A DNA stretch of 64,000 nucleotides from a virus (lineage: Duplodnaviria; Heunggongvirae; Uroviricota; Caudoviricetes): positions 358,151 through 422,150 of the IMG/VR virus record IMGVR_UViG_3300028914_000001; one strand, 5' to 3'. Under the pieces are notes generated by a model. That model saw nothing but the letters and a program-made list of their open reading frames with translations, had not been told where the DNA came from and ran no database searches. This document shows positions 29,080 to 37,891 of the stretch, in pieces. Position 1 is the first letter of the stretch; every line of letters starts with the position of its first letter. The translations under genes and the position numbers were made by a program.

Positions 29080-29914
29080 ATTGCTCCTGGGGTTCGTCCG
29101 TTGGCTTGGCGTCCAGATTGTTAAACACGTCATCCTTGGGAGGCTTTAGGCGTGTTGGGTCCAACTCATTGATGTCATACATGTTGGCCCAGAGATTGTC
29201 ATCATCCATATGTTCACGCAGCACATCCGCCTGATGCTCGTTTCCGAGGTATTCATAATGGGCTGCGACTAAGTTCTTGTTGTTTTCTGCCTTTATTGCC
29301 CTTACGGCTGCGGCATCCATATTGTACTTAACCGCATCGCAACAGCTGAGCCAGTAAGTTTCCATCTCATTCGCCTTCTTTTCAACCATACCTTTACCGT
29401 AGTTGAAATTGGTCTGCAAATTGCGGCTCATGATTCCCTTTCGTACATCCTGGCTGACCGCACCTACAAGTTCGCTGGATTTAGGGTGCAAATACTTACC
29501 ATTGTTTACGAACCTGTGAATTGCGTGATTGACTTCATGAAGGAATGTGGCTGCTTCGTTCAACCCCATGGTAATCTTGATGACACTCATATCACTTTTA
29601 TATGAAATTTTTCCTGACCTTGATGGTGGAATCTGGATATGTGGTTTTCCTTGGTCAAAGTCACCTGTGCCGATGCCGAGCATTCCTCCGGCATCATCTG
29701 GAACGGTCGGGTCGTTCAACGTAAGCTTAGGTTTACCGAATATGCTTTTTATATTAGTAGCCAAACGCACGAGGTTGTCTGCGATGGCTTTACCTAGCCT
29801 TCCTTCGGTATCAGGGGTTGCTACAATAATTTTACCCATGCTCTCGCCATTGACGACAATCTTAGGGAATTTACCCGTTTTTGCACTTTTTACAACATTT
29901 ACCCATTCTGCCAT
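29075..29914 (-). CDS. putative zincin metallopeptidase
   Basis: TFLHEVNHAIH plus downstream E-xx-A (EKKANEME). Confidence 0.6.
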   Translation of the reverse strand: MAEWVNVVKSAKTGKFPKIVVNGESMGKIIVATPDTEGRLGKAIADNLVRLATNIKSIFGKPKLTLNDPTVPDDAGGMLGIGTGDFDQGKPHIQIPPSRSGKISYKSDMSVIKITMGLNEAATFLHEVNHAIHRFVNNGKYLHPKSSELVGAVSQDVRKGIMSRNLQTNFNYGKGMVEKKANEMETYWLSCCDAVKYNMDAAAVRAIKAENNKNLVAAHYEYLGNEHQADVLREHMDDDNLWANMYDINELDPTRLKPPKDDVFNNLDAKPTDEPQEQL

Positions 29915-29941
29915 ATTAAACTCATTGGTTTATTCAAATCT

Positions 29942-29949
29942 AGTTTATA
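29942..29949 (-). promoter_or_regulatory. putative late promoter TATAAACT
   Basis: 27 nt upstream of ATG 29914. Confidence 0.65.
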
Positions 29950-30643
29950 ACCTTAGTCCCGGTATTTCTATCACGGAGTCGATGTCCCGTTCAAAAATAT
30001 ACGACATTATTCCGTTTATTATAGAGTACCTGCCTACTGCAAGGTTCATGTAGGTTTCCTTTTGCAGGAGTAGGTTTACTGGAACCTCGTGCAGGAAACG
30101 GCTGATTGAGAACTTGAGACCATGTTGTTCAAAGTTACCCAGTTCCGTCTTTCCCGTACCAGTCCGTATGCACCTTTCCTTTGTCGCCAGCTTCTGTGGT
30201 GTCCACCCCAACGATGCGAGATAGTTCATGATGTCCAGTTTACGAACGATAGCTATGTCGCACTGGATGATGTCATAGGGGGACTGGATGTCTGGACGGG
30301 TGGCCTGCGGTATCCACACGAACGAGAAAAGGTCGTTAGTGTGCTTCGGGTCGATAAGCCATCCCAGGTGGTGCTGCTGGTTAATATGGTTGTCCATGAA
30401 GCCGATTTCCAGCGCAAATGTCGATAGCGGCTTGCCTATGTACTTGACTGCGGCCTTTTCGTCGCAAGTCAGGTTCATGCCGTCGATATGGACTATTATG
30501 TCGCTACCCGCCTGTTGCTGGTCGGCGTCCACCACACGGCTTATATCCTTCATGTGGGTTGTCTGCGGGTAAGCGATGTGGTCGAGATACTTGTTTACCA
30601 CTTCTACTAATCTGTTGTCTTCCTTCCTTGTGCTAGCTGGCAT
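29945..30643 (-). CDS. hypothetical protein, PD-(D/E)XK nuclease-like
   Basis: Q-x-AGSD...DEK...FALE...GWL pattern. Confidence 0.6.
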   Translation of the reverse strand: MPASTRKEDNRLVEVVNKYLDHIAYPQTTHMKDISRVVDADQQQAGSDIIVHIDGMNLTCDEKAAVKYIGKPLSTFALEIGFMDNHINQQHHLGWLIDPKHTNDLFSFVWIPQATRPDIQSPYDIIQCDIAIVRKLDIMNYLASLGWTPQKLATKERCIRTGTGKTELGNFEQHGLKFSISRFLHEVPVNLLLQKETYMNLAVGRYSIINGIMSYIFERDIDSVIEIPGLRL

Positions 30644-30658
30644 GTATGTCTCACCTCA

Positions 30659-30952
30659 TTATTCATGGTAACGAGTCCAGTCGGAAACGGTAATGACATA
30701 GGAGCCGTGCGGGTAGTCCCCGGCGCTTTCCCTCGACGTTACGCACTCGGACGGGAAATGCGACTTCACTACTTGGAGTACGGCCTCTATCACGGTGTCC
30801 CTCGGAGCAGTGCGGCGTCCAGGTGCAGGGTTGATGACAAGCTTGAACGAGTTCCCGCTTTCGGGAAAGTCGATGAAACCCTCGTATTCGTAGTGGCCTG
30901 TCTTGTCGTTAAGGTCGTCAATAAACTTGGAAATGATTTCGTCACGCTTCAT
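30659..30952 (-). CDS. hypothetical protein
   Basis: GAGG RBS; follows a minus-strand promoter. Confidence 0.65.
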   Translation of the reverse strand: MKRDEIISKFIDDLNDKTGHYEYEGFIDFPESGNSFKLVINPAPGRRTAPRDTVIEAVLQVVKSHFPSECVTSRESAGDYPHGSYVITVSDWTRYHE

Positions 30953-30980
30953 TGTGATACCTCTCGGGTTGTTTTACTGA

Positions 30981-31057
30981 AAAATAAATAACTAACGGGC
31001 CGCTGGCAAGAGTTTTTCTTAAATACTCTTGCCAAATCCCATATATTGTTTTATATT
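30981..31057. promoter_or_regulatory. divergent sigma70-like promoter pair
   Basis: minus TTGCCA-N17-TATTTT (30981-31009); plus TTGCCA-N17-TATATT (31029-31057). Confidence 0.7.
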
Positions 31058-31097
31058 TGTCTATGTCTACCACGAGAAATTAAAACCGAGGTTCAAA

Positions 31098-31388
31098 ATG
31101 CAATATGAAGACCTGATGAAACTGGGGAAAACAGAAGTAGAGCGCCTTAGCAAGCTCTACGACGAACAAGTAATTTCGGTCGGTTGCACCCGAAACTACC
31201 AGACAGGCGAGGTTCACTATACCGAACCTGTGCCAGACGGCGCAGTCCCTGTTAACAGTTTTTCAAACGCCGTGCATTTTCTCCGCATGACGCCGGAGTT
31301 TGAAAAGTTGACTGAAAAACAGTTGGAACAACTGGGTTCATACACCAACGACAAGTATCGCCCGTCGTTCTTGGCATACCGTGATTAG
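31098..31388 (+). CDS. hypothetical protein
   Basis: GAGG RBS before ATG 31098. Confidence 0.7.
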   Translation: MQYEDLMKLGKTEVERLSKLYDEQVISVGCTRNYQTGEVHYTEPVPDGAVPVNSFSNAVHFLRMTPEFEKLTEKQLEQLGSYTNDKYRPSFLAYRD

Positions 31389-31844
31389 ATGGGTAACGAG
31401 GATTCCATGAACAACAAGATAACTACATTCGAACAGCTTGACAAGGCCCTTTCCGATAACGGCATAGTCGCTATCAAGAAGGGTCAATTCGACGATGAAG
31501 ACCGTTGCTGCACTAAGGTATCGTACGAATACCATTTGGCAGCGGACGGCAGGCAGGAAGTTCCCTTAATCACGGTGGAATACTGTGTTTCTGGAAAAGG
31601 GGATATCTTCATGGTGTTGAGCGCCGAGATGTTCGACGTAACGCTTGACGAAGATGGTTCCATTATTGGCAGGGCCGATGAGGGCGTGTCCTTATTGGAT
31701 GCCATCAACAAGGAATGCAATCTTCCCCGTTGCATGTCGAAGACTTTTAACGCCGCCTACCAGAATGACGAGGTAGAGGCTAAACTTGCAGAAATTATAG
31801 AAACAAACCTTGTCACTAAGCTTTTCGATAACATCATCGAGTAA
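31389..31844 (+). CDS. hypothetical protein (start possibly 31407)
   Basis: operon packing. Confidence 0.7.
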   Translation: MGNEDSMNNKITTFEQLDKALSDNGIVAIKKGQFDDEDRCCTKVSYEYHLAADGRQEVPLITVEYCVSGKGDIFMVLSAEMFDVTLDEDGSIIGRADEGVSLLDAINKECNLPRCMSKTFNAAYQNDEVEAKLAEIIETNLVTKLFDNIIE

Positions 31845-31872
31845 CTATCGAAAAAACACTAAAGAGGAAAAA

Positions 31873-32916
31873 ATGTCATATTCTAACCTTGATATCTTCA
31901 TGAAAGAATACGAGTCCATCGAGGCGAAGAGAACTCTCTTGCCGGGACTTCCAGTGTGCATCCGTCTTGACGGGCGTGCTTTCCACAATGTTACCAAGAA
32001 CTGCTTGCGTCCGTTCGATGCAGACCTTCGTGAGGTCATGTGCCGTGTAACGACAGCGCTCATTGAGGAATGCAATGCAGTAATCGGATATACACAGTCC
32101 GATGAAATCACCCTTGTGTTGAAACCGATGGCGCATATCGGCGATTACTACTTCGGTGGCCGTGTCCAGAAGATTTGCAGCATGCTCTCCGCTGTTGCAA
32201 GCGTAGAGTTCAACACCCTTGTACACAGCGGTGACTTCAAGGAACTCGAAAAGAGAATCAACCGCAAGGCTTACTTCGATTGCCGTGCATGGAATGTTCC
32301 GCACATGGAATTTGCCGCCCTCGTTCTCAGTTGGCGACAGGCTGATTCCATCAAGAACGCCATCAGCATGATTGCACAGACCCTTTATCCGCACAAGGAA
32401 CTTCTCAACAAGAACAGCGATGTCAAGCTTGAAATGATTAAGAAGGCTGGCTACAAGATGAACTGGAGCCCGACTGAATGGAATGGCGACCTGTTCTTCG
32501 ACAAGGAAGCGATGAACATGCAGGGAACCTTCATCGTCCGCAAGACTATTCTCCGCACGCTCACTAAGGAAGAACTGGAAAATCTTCCCCCGAAGCACAC
32601 GGCAAGGCAGAATCCTGACATGACGTTCCTCCGTCACGCATATATCCGTTTCGCTGGTGTCATCCTTAGAAACATCACGAACCAGGCTGGATATCTGTTC
32701 AACGGCGAAATCCCCAAGTACCGCACTGGTGCTCTTCCTGTAGAATGCGAAGAAGCAAATACGATGAGCAAGGTGATTGAGTTCTTCAAGACGGCATCCC
32801 CAGAGAAACGCAAGGAAGCAGAAAAAAGAATGAAGGAATCCGAAATCTGGGACAGGCTCCATTTGGATGATTTCACCGCTCTTTTCGCACCCAATGACAC
32901 CAAGGAGAAGAAGTAA
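31873..32916 (+). CDS. tRNA-His guanylyltransferase (Thg1/TLP)
   Basis: IRLDGRAFH, GYTQSDEITL, FGGRVQK, FDCR, WRQAD-x-IKNAI. Confidence 0.93.
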   Translation: MSYSNLDIFMKEYESIEAKRTLLPGLPVCIRLDGRAFHNVTKNCLRPFDADLREVMCRVTTALIEECNAVIGYTQSDEITLVLKPMAHIGDYYFGGRVQKICSMLSAVASVEFNTLVHSGDFKELEKRINRKAYFDCRAWNVPHMEFAALVLSWRQADSIKNAISMIAQTLYPHKELLNKNSDVKLEMIKKAGYKMNWSPTEWNGDLFFDKEAMNMQGTFIVRKTILRTLTKEELENLPPKHTARQNPDMTFLRHAYIRFAGVILRNITNQAGYLFNGEIPKYRTGALPVECEEANTMSKVIEFFKTASPEKRKEAEKRMKESEIWDRLHLDDFTALFAPNDTKEKK

Positions 32917-33449
32917 TGCCAGAACAATACGATTCTACCGCCGATACCAACAAGCATCGTGACTTCGTTCGCAATCTCATGTACCTTGTCGCAAAGGACA
33001 TCATGAACCATGCGGATGACCTTCGCATTCAGATGTACACTATGGCAAAGGACATCATGAACAGGGCTGACCATCATGATGACTCCAAGTTGCTTCCTCC
33101 CGAGAAGGAACTGTTTGACGAGTACACGCCGAAGCTCAAAGGATGCACCTACGGTTCTCCTGAATATCACGAGTTCCTGTCAGGTCTGAGAAAGGCTCTT
33201 GAACATCACTATGCAGAAAACAGGCATCACCCCGAGCATTTCGCCAACGGAGTTAACGGGATGAACCTTGTCGATATGATTGAGTTGATTTGCGACTGGT
33301 TCGCAGCGACGATGAGACACGACGATGGAAACATTGACAAGTCTCTTGACATCAACAAGGGTCGTTTCCACATGGATGAACAGACGGTTGCACTCCTCAA
33401 AAATACTGTCGATACGTATTTCCGCCAGTTCAAACACGAGGACTATTAG
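32916..33449 (+). CDS. DUF5662-like HD-related protein
   Basis: HDDSK, HHY-x-NRHHPEHF, DMIELICDW. Confidence 0.8.
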   Translation: MPEQYDSTADTNKHRDFVRNLMYLVAKDIMNHADDLRIQMYTMAKDIMNRADHHDDSKLLPPEKELFDEYTPKLKGCTYGSPEYHEFLSGLRKALEHHYAENRHHPEHFANGVNGMNLVDMIELICDWFAATMRHDDGNIDKSLDINKGRFHMDEQTVALLKNTVDTYFRQFKHEDY

Positions 33450-33857
33450 GTGTTCACGTCGTACTTTGCACAGGTGCCTAATATAGAGTACCCCGTGTCT
33501 ATCGCCAGGATTAACCCCGAGTGGTACGACCGGGCGTGTTACCCTAAGCTGGCGCCTTCAAAGGGACTACTTTACGATTTCAAATACGGACAGCACAAGG
33601 GTGACACCGAGTTCTACACATCCGTGTTTGAAACCTACCTCGAAAGCCTAGATTTCAACCAGGTGATGCGTGAACTTTCTGAGATATACGGCCCGGATGT
33701 TCTCGACCGTCTCACGCTCGTTTGCTACGAGAAGCCATCGGATTTTTGCCATAGGCATCTGGTCGCAAACTGGCTGAGGAAGCATGGGGCCGAAATTTCC
33801 GAACGGAAGTTTAACGAACGTCCGAGCCTGATTGACAGCGTTCTTGACTTCATGTAG
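33450..33857 (+). CDS. DUF488-family protein
   Basis: TSYFA, LAPS, LVCYEKPSDFCHRHLVA. Confidence 0.8.
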   Translation: MFTSYFAQVPNIEYPVSIARINPEWYDRACYPKLAPSKGLLYDFKYGQHKGDTEFYTSVFETYLESLDFNQVMRELSEIYGPDVLDRLTLVCYEKPSDFCHRHLVANWLRKHGAEISERKFNERPSLIDSVLDFM

Positions 33858-33869
33858 AGGATAACTTGT

Positions 33870-33905
33870 AAAAAGAAACCCACGGTTAAATCCGTGGGCT
33901 TTTTA
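33870..33905. terminator. bidirectional intrinsic terminator
   Basis: CCCACGG...CCGTGGG with A and T flanks. Confidence 0.75.
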
Positions 33906-33912
33906 TTTAGTT

Positions 33913-34692
33913 CTATAATATGCATCGATTAATTCTATCATTCTCAGCTAACACCTGGGCAACCGCACAATGTTTTAGTGCCCACTCCCTTTCCTTCTTG
34001 GTCATCCTTTCTTTAGGACGGTAGCACATTGTCGTTTCGTTTAAACCTAATGCTTTCGCCGCATCGCTATATAGGTGCTTGTAGGCATAGCGTGAGATGT
34101 ATATGCGCCAGTTCGTCGTGACAGGCAGTTCGGTCATATTTGTGACATGCTTGTTAATCTTGACTACTGTACTGGCTACATCATTATCTTTTTTCCCGTC
34201 GATGTAAGTTTTGACTCTTTTCTGGGATACAGTGTATTCATAATGCCCGCTCATGTTGCCGCCTTGGCCCCAGTAGTCGATTGCCTTCAAGTCACCGTTT
34301 GGGTGGTAAGTGAACCCGAAAAACTCGTACCAGTCGCCATCATAGGCTTCACCAAGACGGTTCCATACGTACTTAGGACGGTTGCTATTACCATCATACT
34401 CTATGATGAACAGCCTATTTCCGTTTATTCCTTTCTTGACTCGGCATCCTCCATGTAAATCATACAGGTATGTGTCGGAATAACGGTCTGGTTTAATCTT
34501 ATCATGCCATTGCCACTCGTTGACTTTCCTGTGGTAAGCGCTTGTACAGCGTCCAAGTGAATCCTTTTCGATGAACAGGTCGCTATATACCGCTCCTAGA
34601 ATGCCACGCATACCATCACCGTAGTATTCCCCGTGATGGTTATGCGAGAAATCAGGCGGATTTAGTTCAGGACAGCGGATTTCTTTGCTCAT
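33913..34692 (-). CDS. hypothetical protein
   Basis: 259-aa ORF with GAGG RBS. Confidence 0.7.
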   Translation of the reverse strand: MSKEIRCPELNPPDFSHNHHGEYYGDGMRGILGAVYSDLFIEKDSLGRCTSAYHRKVNEWQWHDKIKPDRYSDTYLYDLHGGCRVKKGINGNRLFIIEYDGNSNRPKYVWNRLGEAYDGDWYEFFGFTYHPNGDLKAIDYWGQGGNMSGHYEYTVSQKRVKTYIDGKKDNDVASTVVKINKHVTNMTELPVTTNWRIYISRYAYKHLYSDAAKALGLNETTMCYRPKERMTKKEREWALKHCAVAQVLAENDRINRCIL

Positions 34693-34701
34693 GGTAGGTC
34701 C

Positions 34702-35067
34702 TCACCGCTTTGCTTGTTTTACACGATTCAAAAGGCCGGAAAGACCGCCAGAAACAGGGATTCCCGTCTCGCCCTGGCCGATGTAGACATAGTTCATTCT
34801 GCCACTGAAATCCTTGCGAATCAATGCGATGGCATGGAGTCCCTGCGGGTTGCAATAGAACACTCTTGCATACTGGACGGAACCGTTCATTACCATCGTG
34901 TTCGCAAACTTGATTGCGTCGCATGCACTGTGGAATAACAGTGCCTTGTATCCTTCCATTACATACTGCGTTTTTCCTTCTGCCGTGTCCTTCCCGACAA
35001 ATCCATTCTTCGTGTTGATGTAGTAGCTACGCAGCTTGTCCAAATCTGTCTTGTTGCCCTGGTTCAT
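34702..35067 (-). CDS. hypothetical protein
   Basis: operon packing. Confidence 0.65.
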   Translation of the reverse strand: MNQGNKTDLDKLRSYYINTKNGFVGKDTAEGKTQYVMEGYKALLFHSACDAIKFANTMVMNGSVQYARVFYCNPQGLHAIALIRKDFSGRMNYVYIGQGETGIPVSGGLSGLLNRVKQAKR

Positions 35068-35069
35068 AC

Positions 35070-35330
35070 TTAGCCCTCGTAATTCATACAGAGATATTCT
35101 TGCAGGTCCTTGAATGACCAGTATAACACGGTTTCCTTTTCCTTGGCGTTATTGTCGTGCTTCACTACCTGGTAGCTATCATTGCTGTACGGGAATACGT
35201 CAATCCACAAATCATTGTATAGGATTACCTTAATGAAAGCGCCGTCCTTCGAATTAGAGTGGTATTCGAAGGTCATATCGGTAGGGTAAAGGTAATCGAA
35301 TAACTTTTTAAGTGTGCATTCATCTTTCAT
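35070..35330 (-). CDS. hypothetical protein
   Basis: GAGG RBS. Confidence 0.65.
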   Translation of the reverse strand: MKDECTLKKLFDYLYPTDMTFEYHSNSKDGAFIKVILYNDLWIDVFPYSNDSYQVVKHDNNAKEKETVLYWSFKDLQEYLCMNYEG

Positions 35331-35346
35331 GGGTTACCTCTTTATG

Positions 35347-35697
35347 TTAAGAATTCATTTCTTCGACAAACTTGTCAAAATGCGATTTATCGTTGATATG
35401 GTAGTCGAAACTGCTTAGCCCGCCATTTCCGTTGACAATGGTGATAGGGACGGTGCTTTTCTTAATGTGAACAGAATTTATCGTAGTGTCGATTAAACGG
35501 AAAATGACGACAGATGACTTCCGCACGAATATGGGACCGTCGGCGGTTTGAAGACATGCGAATGCCGGGGATGGCTTAGGCGGCTGAGGTTCCTGTTCCT
35601 GTTTCTGTTCTTCGGGAGCAGCCTTTTCTGGCGTTTCCTGTGCATTGTTGTCGATGGCTTCACTATCTGGAGGGCACCACTTTACTGTTTTCTCCAT
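35347..35697 (-). CDS. hypothetical protein
   Basis: GGAGG RBS before ATG 35697. Confidence 0.7.
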   Translation of the reverse strand: MEKTVKWCPPDSEAIDNNAQETPEKAAPEEQKQEQEPQPPKPSPAFACLQTADGPIFVRKSSVVIFRLIDTTINSVHIKKSTVPITIVNGNGGLSSFDYHINDKSHFDKFVEEMNS

Positions 35698-35707
35698 GTT
35701 AATCCTC

Positions 35708-35998
35708 CTACTTTTCGCAACGGACTGGCTGTCCTTTTTCGTCAAGATAGACGCTCATCCCGCTCGTATGGTATTGATGGTATCGGAAATATACAATGCC
35801 CGTTGAGTGGTCGCATATCAATTCACCATCGGTAAAATTCCTTATTTCCTCGAATGGCCAGTGCATTGCTTTATTCATGGCCTTGCGCTTTTCGATTATC
35901 CTTCGTTCCTCTTCCGAGTCGTGGCATGCTGTCATGATGCTTACGACGAAGAGCATGGATAAAAACAATATCTTTTTCATTTTTTCGAAACCCATCAT
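35708..35998 (-). CDS. putative lipoprotein
   Basis: KK, hydrophobic stretch, then MTAC lipobox-like sequence. Confidence 0.65.
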   Translation of the reverse strand: MMGFEKMKKILFLSMLFVVSIMTACHDSEEERRIIEKRKAMNKAMHWPFEEIRNFTDGELICDHSTGIVYFRYHQYHTSGMSVYLDEKGQPVRCEK

Positions 35999-36022
35999 TG
36001 CATAATGCTCCTTTCAAAGGGG

Positions 36023-36111
36023 AATATAGTAAATTCATGGCCTGCTGTCAAGTCGATTCCAATAAAACCCTGAATAAATCCCTTGACAGGTCGGGTAATA
36101 TTAGTTATATT
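36023..36111. promoter_or_regulatory. divergent sigma70-like promoter pair
   Basis: TTGACA-N17-TATATT on minus (36023-36051) and plus (36083-36111). Confidence 0.8.
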
Positions 36112-36140
36112 GTTGATACAAACCATTATAGGAAAATCCC

Positions 36141-36242
36141 ATGAAGAAGAAAATCATCCACGGTCTCATCTACATTCTTGTAGTAATCGCAGTCGGCATC
36201 TTCGAACGCAAGTGCAAGGAACGCTCAAAGGCAGAGAAGTAA
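36141..36242 (+). CDS. small membrane peptide (33 aa, not in ORF track)
   Basis: MKKKIIHGLIYILVVIAVGIFERK...; AGGA RBS. Confidence 0.55.
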   Translation: MKKKIIHGLIYILVVIAVGIFERKCKERSKAEK

Positions 36243-36244
36243 CG

Positions 36245-36475
36245 ATGTCCAACAAGAACAAAATCACGTTCCATACCGAGAAGGCGCCGCACGAGAAGCT
36301 GACAACCCTTGACCTCTTCGTTTCCGCCATGGCTATCGTCGTCACGTTCGTGTTTCTTACCGCAGCGCTTGGCACCATTGTCCAACCGTTGTGCGTTATA
36401 CTCGGCTTCGAATATAGTTGGATTATACCAGCAATCATCGCAGTCGTAATCATCATAGTGTTGTGTACCCGATAG
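36245..36475 (+). CDS. small membrane protein
   Basis: two hydrophobic helices. Confidence 0.65.
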   Translation: MSNKNKITFHTEKAPHEKLTTLDLFVSAMAIVVTFVFLTAALGTIVQPLCVILGFEYSWIIPAIIAVVIIIVLCTR

Positions 36476-36484
36476 GAGGATACC

Positions 36485-36976
36485 ATGGCCCAGAGTATCG
36501 AAGAACAAATTGCAATCATGAAGGCGTATGTCGAGGGAAAGCCTATATACATGAGGCATATAGACAGCGGTAACCCCATCGGAACACAGGTCGAACCTAC
36601 TGGCCACCAATTCAACTTTGAAGGTTGTGAATATTCGCTAATCCCCATGGACTGGTGTACGGGGAAGGATGCGGACGCTGCCTATTCCACTCTACTTCGT
36701 TACGGCACTGGACATGATGATGTACCGCAGACCTATTCGATTACCCGCTCGGCACCGCACCCGTATAAAGAAGGGGAGAAGCTGACCTATGATATGTCCG
36801 CCATAGACGTTGTCGATGTATATCCCATATTCATAGCTGGAGCAGAATGGGTTCTCAAAAACATGGATAACGGTATTGACTTTCAGAAATCGCTTGAAGA
36901 GTTCCGCAAGGAACGACAGGAAATGCAAGCTAATGAGTATAATGCATGTCACCGTGCATTACACGCATGGAGATAA
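36485..36976 (+). CDS. hypothetical protein
   Basis: AGGAGG RBS. Confidence 0.75.
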   Translation: MAQSIEEQIAIMKAYVEGKPIYMRHIDSGNPIGTQVEPTGHQFNFEGCEYSLIPMDWCTGKDADAAYSTLLRYGTGHDDVPQTYSITRSAPHPYKEGEKLTYDMSAIDVVDVYPIFIAGAEWVLKNMDNGIDFQKSLEEFRKERQEMQANEYNACHRALHAWR

Positions 36977-36980
36977 CCGA

Positions 36981-37181
36981 ATGAACGAAGACAACTACTA
37001 CGACTTTCTAACTAAAATGACTTTCAAGGCGCCCCACGAGGTCACCCAAGCAATCTACGAACACTGGATGAACACCCCGAAGGACAACATCCTTGTCAAC
37101 CTGTCCGCTTCCGTGGATTCCCTCCATAAGGCGAATATCGAGAAATCAAAGAAGATTTGGAAACTTTTCCTTTCCCTGTAA
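36981..37181 (+). CDS. hypothetical protein
   Basis: GGAG RBS. Confidence 0.6.
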   Translation: MNEDNYYDFLTKMTFKAPHEVTQAIYEHWMNTPKDNILVNLSASVDSLHKANIEKSKKIWKLFLSL

Positions 37182-37195
37182 CCGAGGTACGAACA

Positions 37196-37648
37196 ATGGT
37201 AAGAAACATTATTTCAAACCAGGATGTTGACGACATCATTTCCCACACGGTTGGCATCATCGACTCATTCCTCAGGAAATACGGAGCGCCGCATATCGAC
37301 CCCGTATTCGTTGAGGAACACGTCAGTAAGGTATCGGGTTCGGAACCCCTGCAGTATCAGGACGAGCTTATATACGAGATTGTGTATAAGGACGGCGTAA
37401 AGTTGAACGACACTGCTACTATCCAGAAGGTGTCCATCATCATTGAAGGAACTAGCGACAATGAGCCTTCCCGCTACATCAAGGCCGAGGTCGTGAGGAA
37501 GCCGACGTGCAAGGATAAATTCCTCGGTACGTGGAAACTCAACAACATGGCTGAGTTTAGAACGATGCTCAAGGAAATGATGGACGGTTCTGTATCAGAA
37601 CCATCGTATTCCCTTCCTCATCTTCTGTTCTTCCGTAGGATTGACTAG
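37196..37648 (+). CDS. hypothetical protein
   Basis: GAGG RBS. Confidence 0.7.
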   Translation: MVRNIISNQDVDDIISHTVGIIDSFLRKYGAPHIDPVFVEEHVSKVSGSEPLQYQDELIYEIVYKDGVKLNDTATIQKVSIIIEGTSDNEPSRYIKAEVVRKPTCKDKFLGTWKLNNMAEFRTMLKEMMDGSVSEPSYSLPHLLFFRRID

Positions 37649-37651
37649 CCT

Positions 37652-37837
37652 ATGACCGACTCCGAAATACCAAGAATATGCCGTGACTGCAAGTATTGCC
37701 GACGCTACCAACATATATCCGACTGGATGCCGCAATGGTTGCCATGGAAATACAAATGCGAAAACTCTGACCCATCTCCCAAGGAGTGGTCATACGAAAA
37801 GAATGACTATGTATGCAACAAAAAAGAAAAGATTTAA
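37652..37837 (+). CDS. small Cys-rich protein
   Basis: CRDCKYC motif. Confidence 0.6.
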   Translation: MTDSEIPRICRDCKYCRRYQHISDWMPQWLPWKYKCENSDPSPKEWSYEKNDYVCNKKEKI

Positions 37838-37856
37838 TAAATATGGGTTTGTCTCC

Positions 37857-37885
37857 TTGACAAACCTTTATTTATTGTGTATATT
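37857..37885 (+). promoter_or_regulatory. sigma70-like promoter
   Basis: TTGACA-N17-TATATT. Confidence 0.8.
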
Positions 37886-37891
37886 TTGGAC

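Noticed and set aside
31876-32862. Long antisense or alternate-frame ORFs (also 12931-13737, 16771-17532, 23289-24035, 52780-53436)
   Set aside because: They are shadows of real genes caused by codon bias or repeats, with no RBS or recognisable motifs
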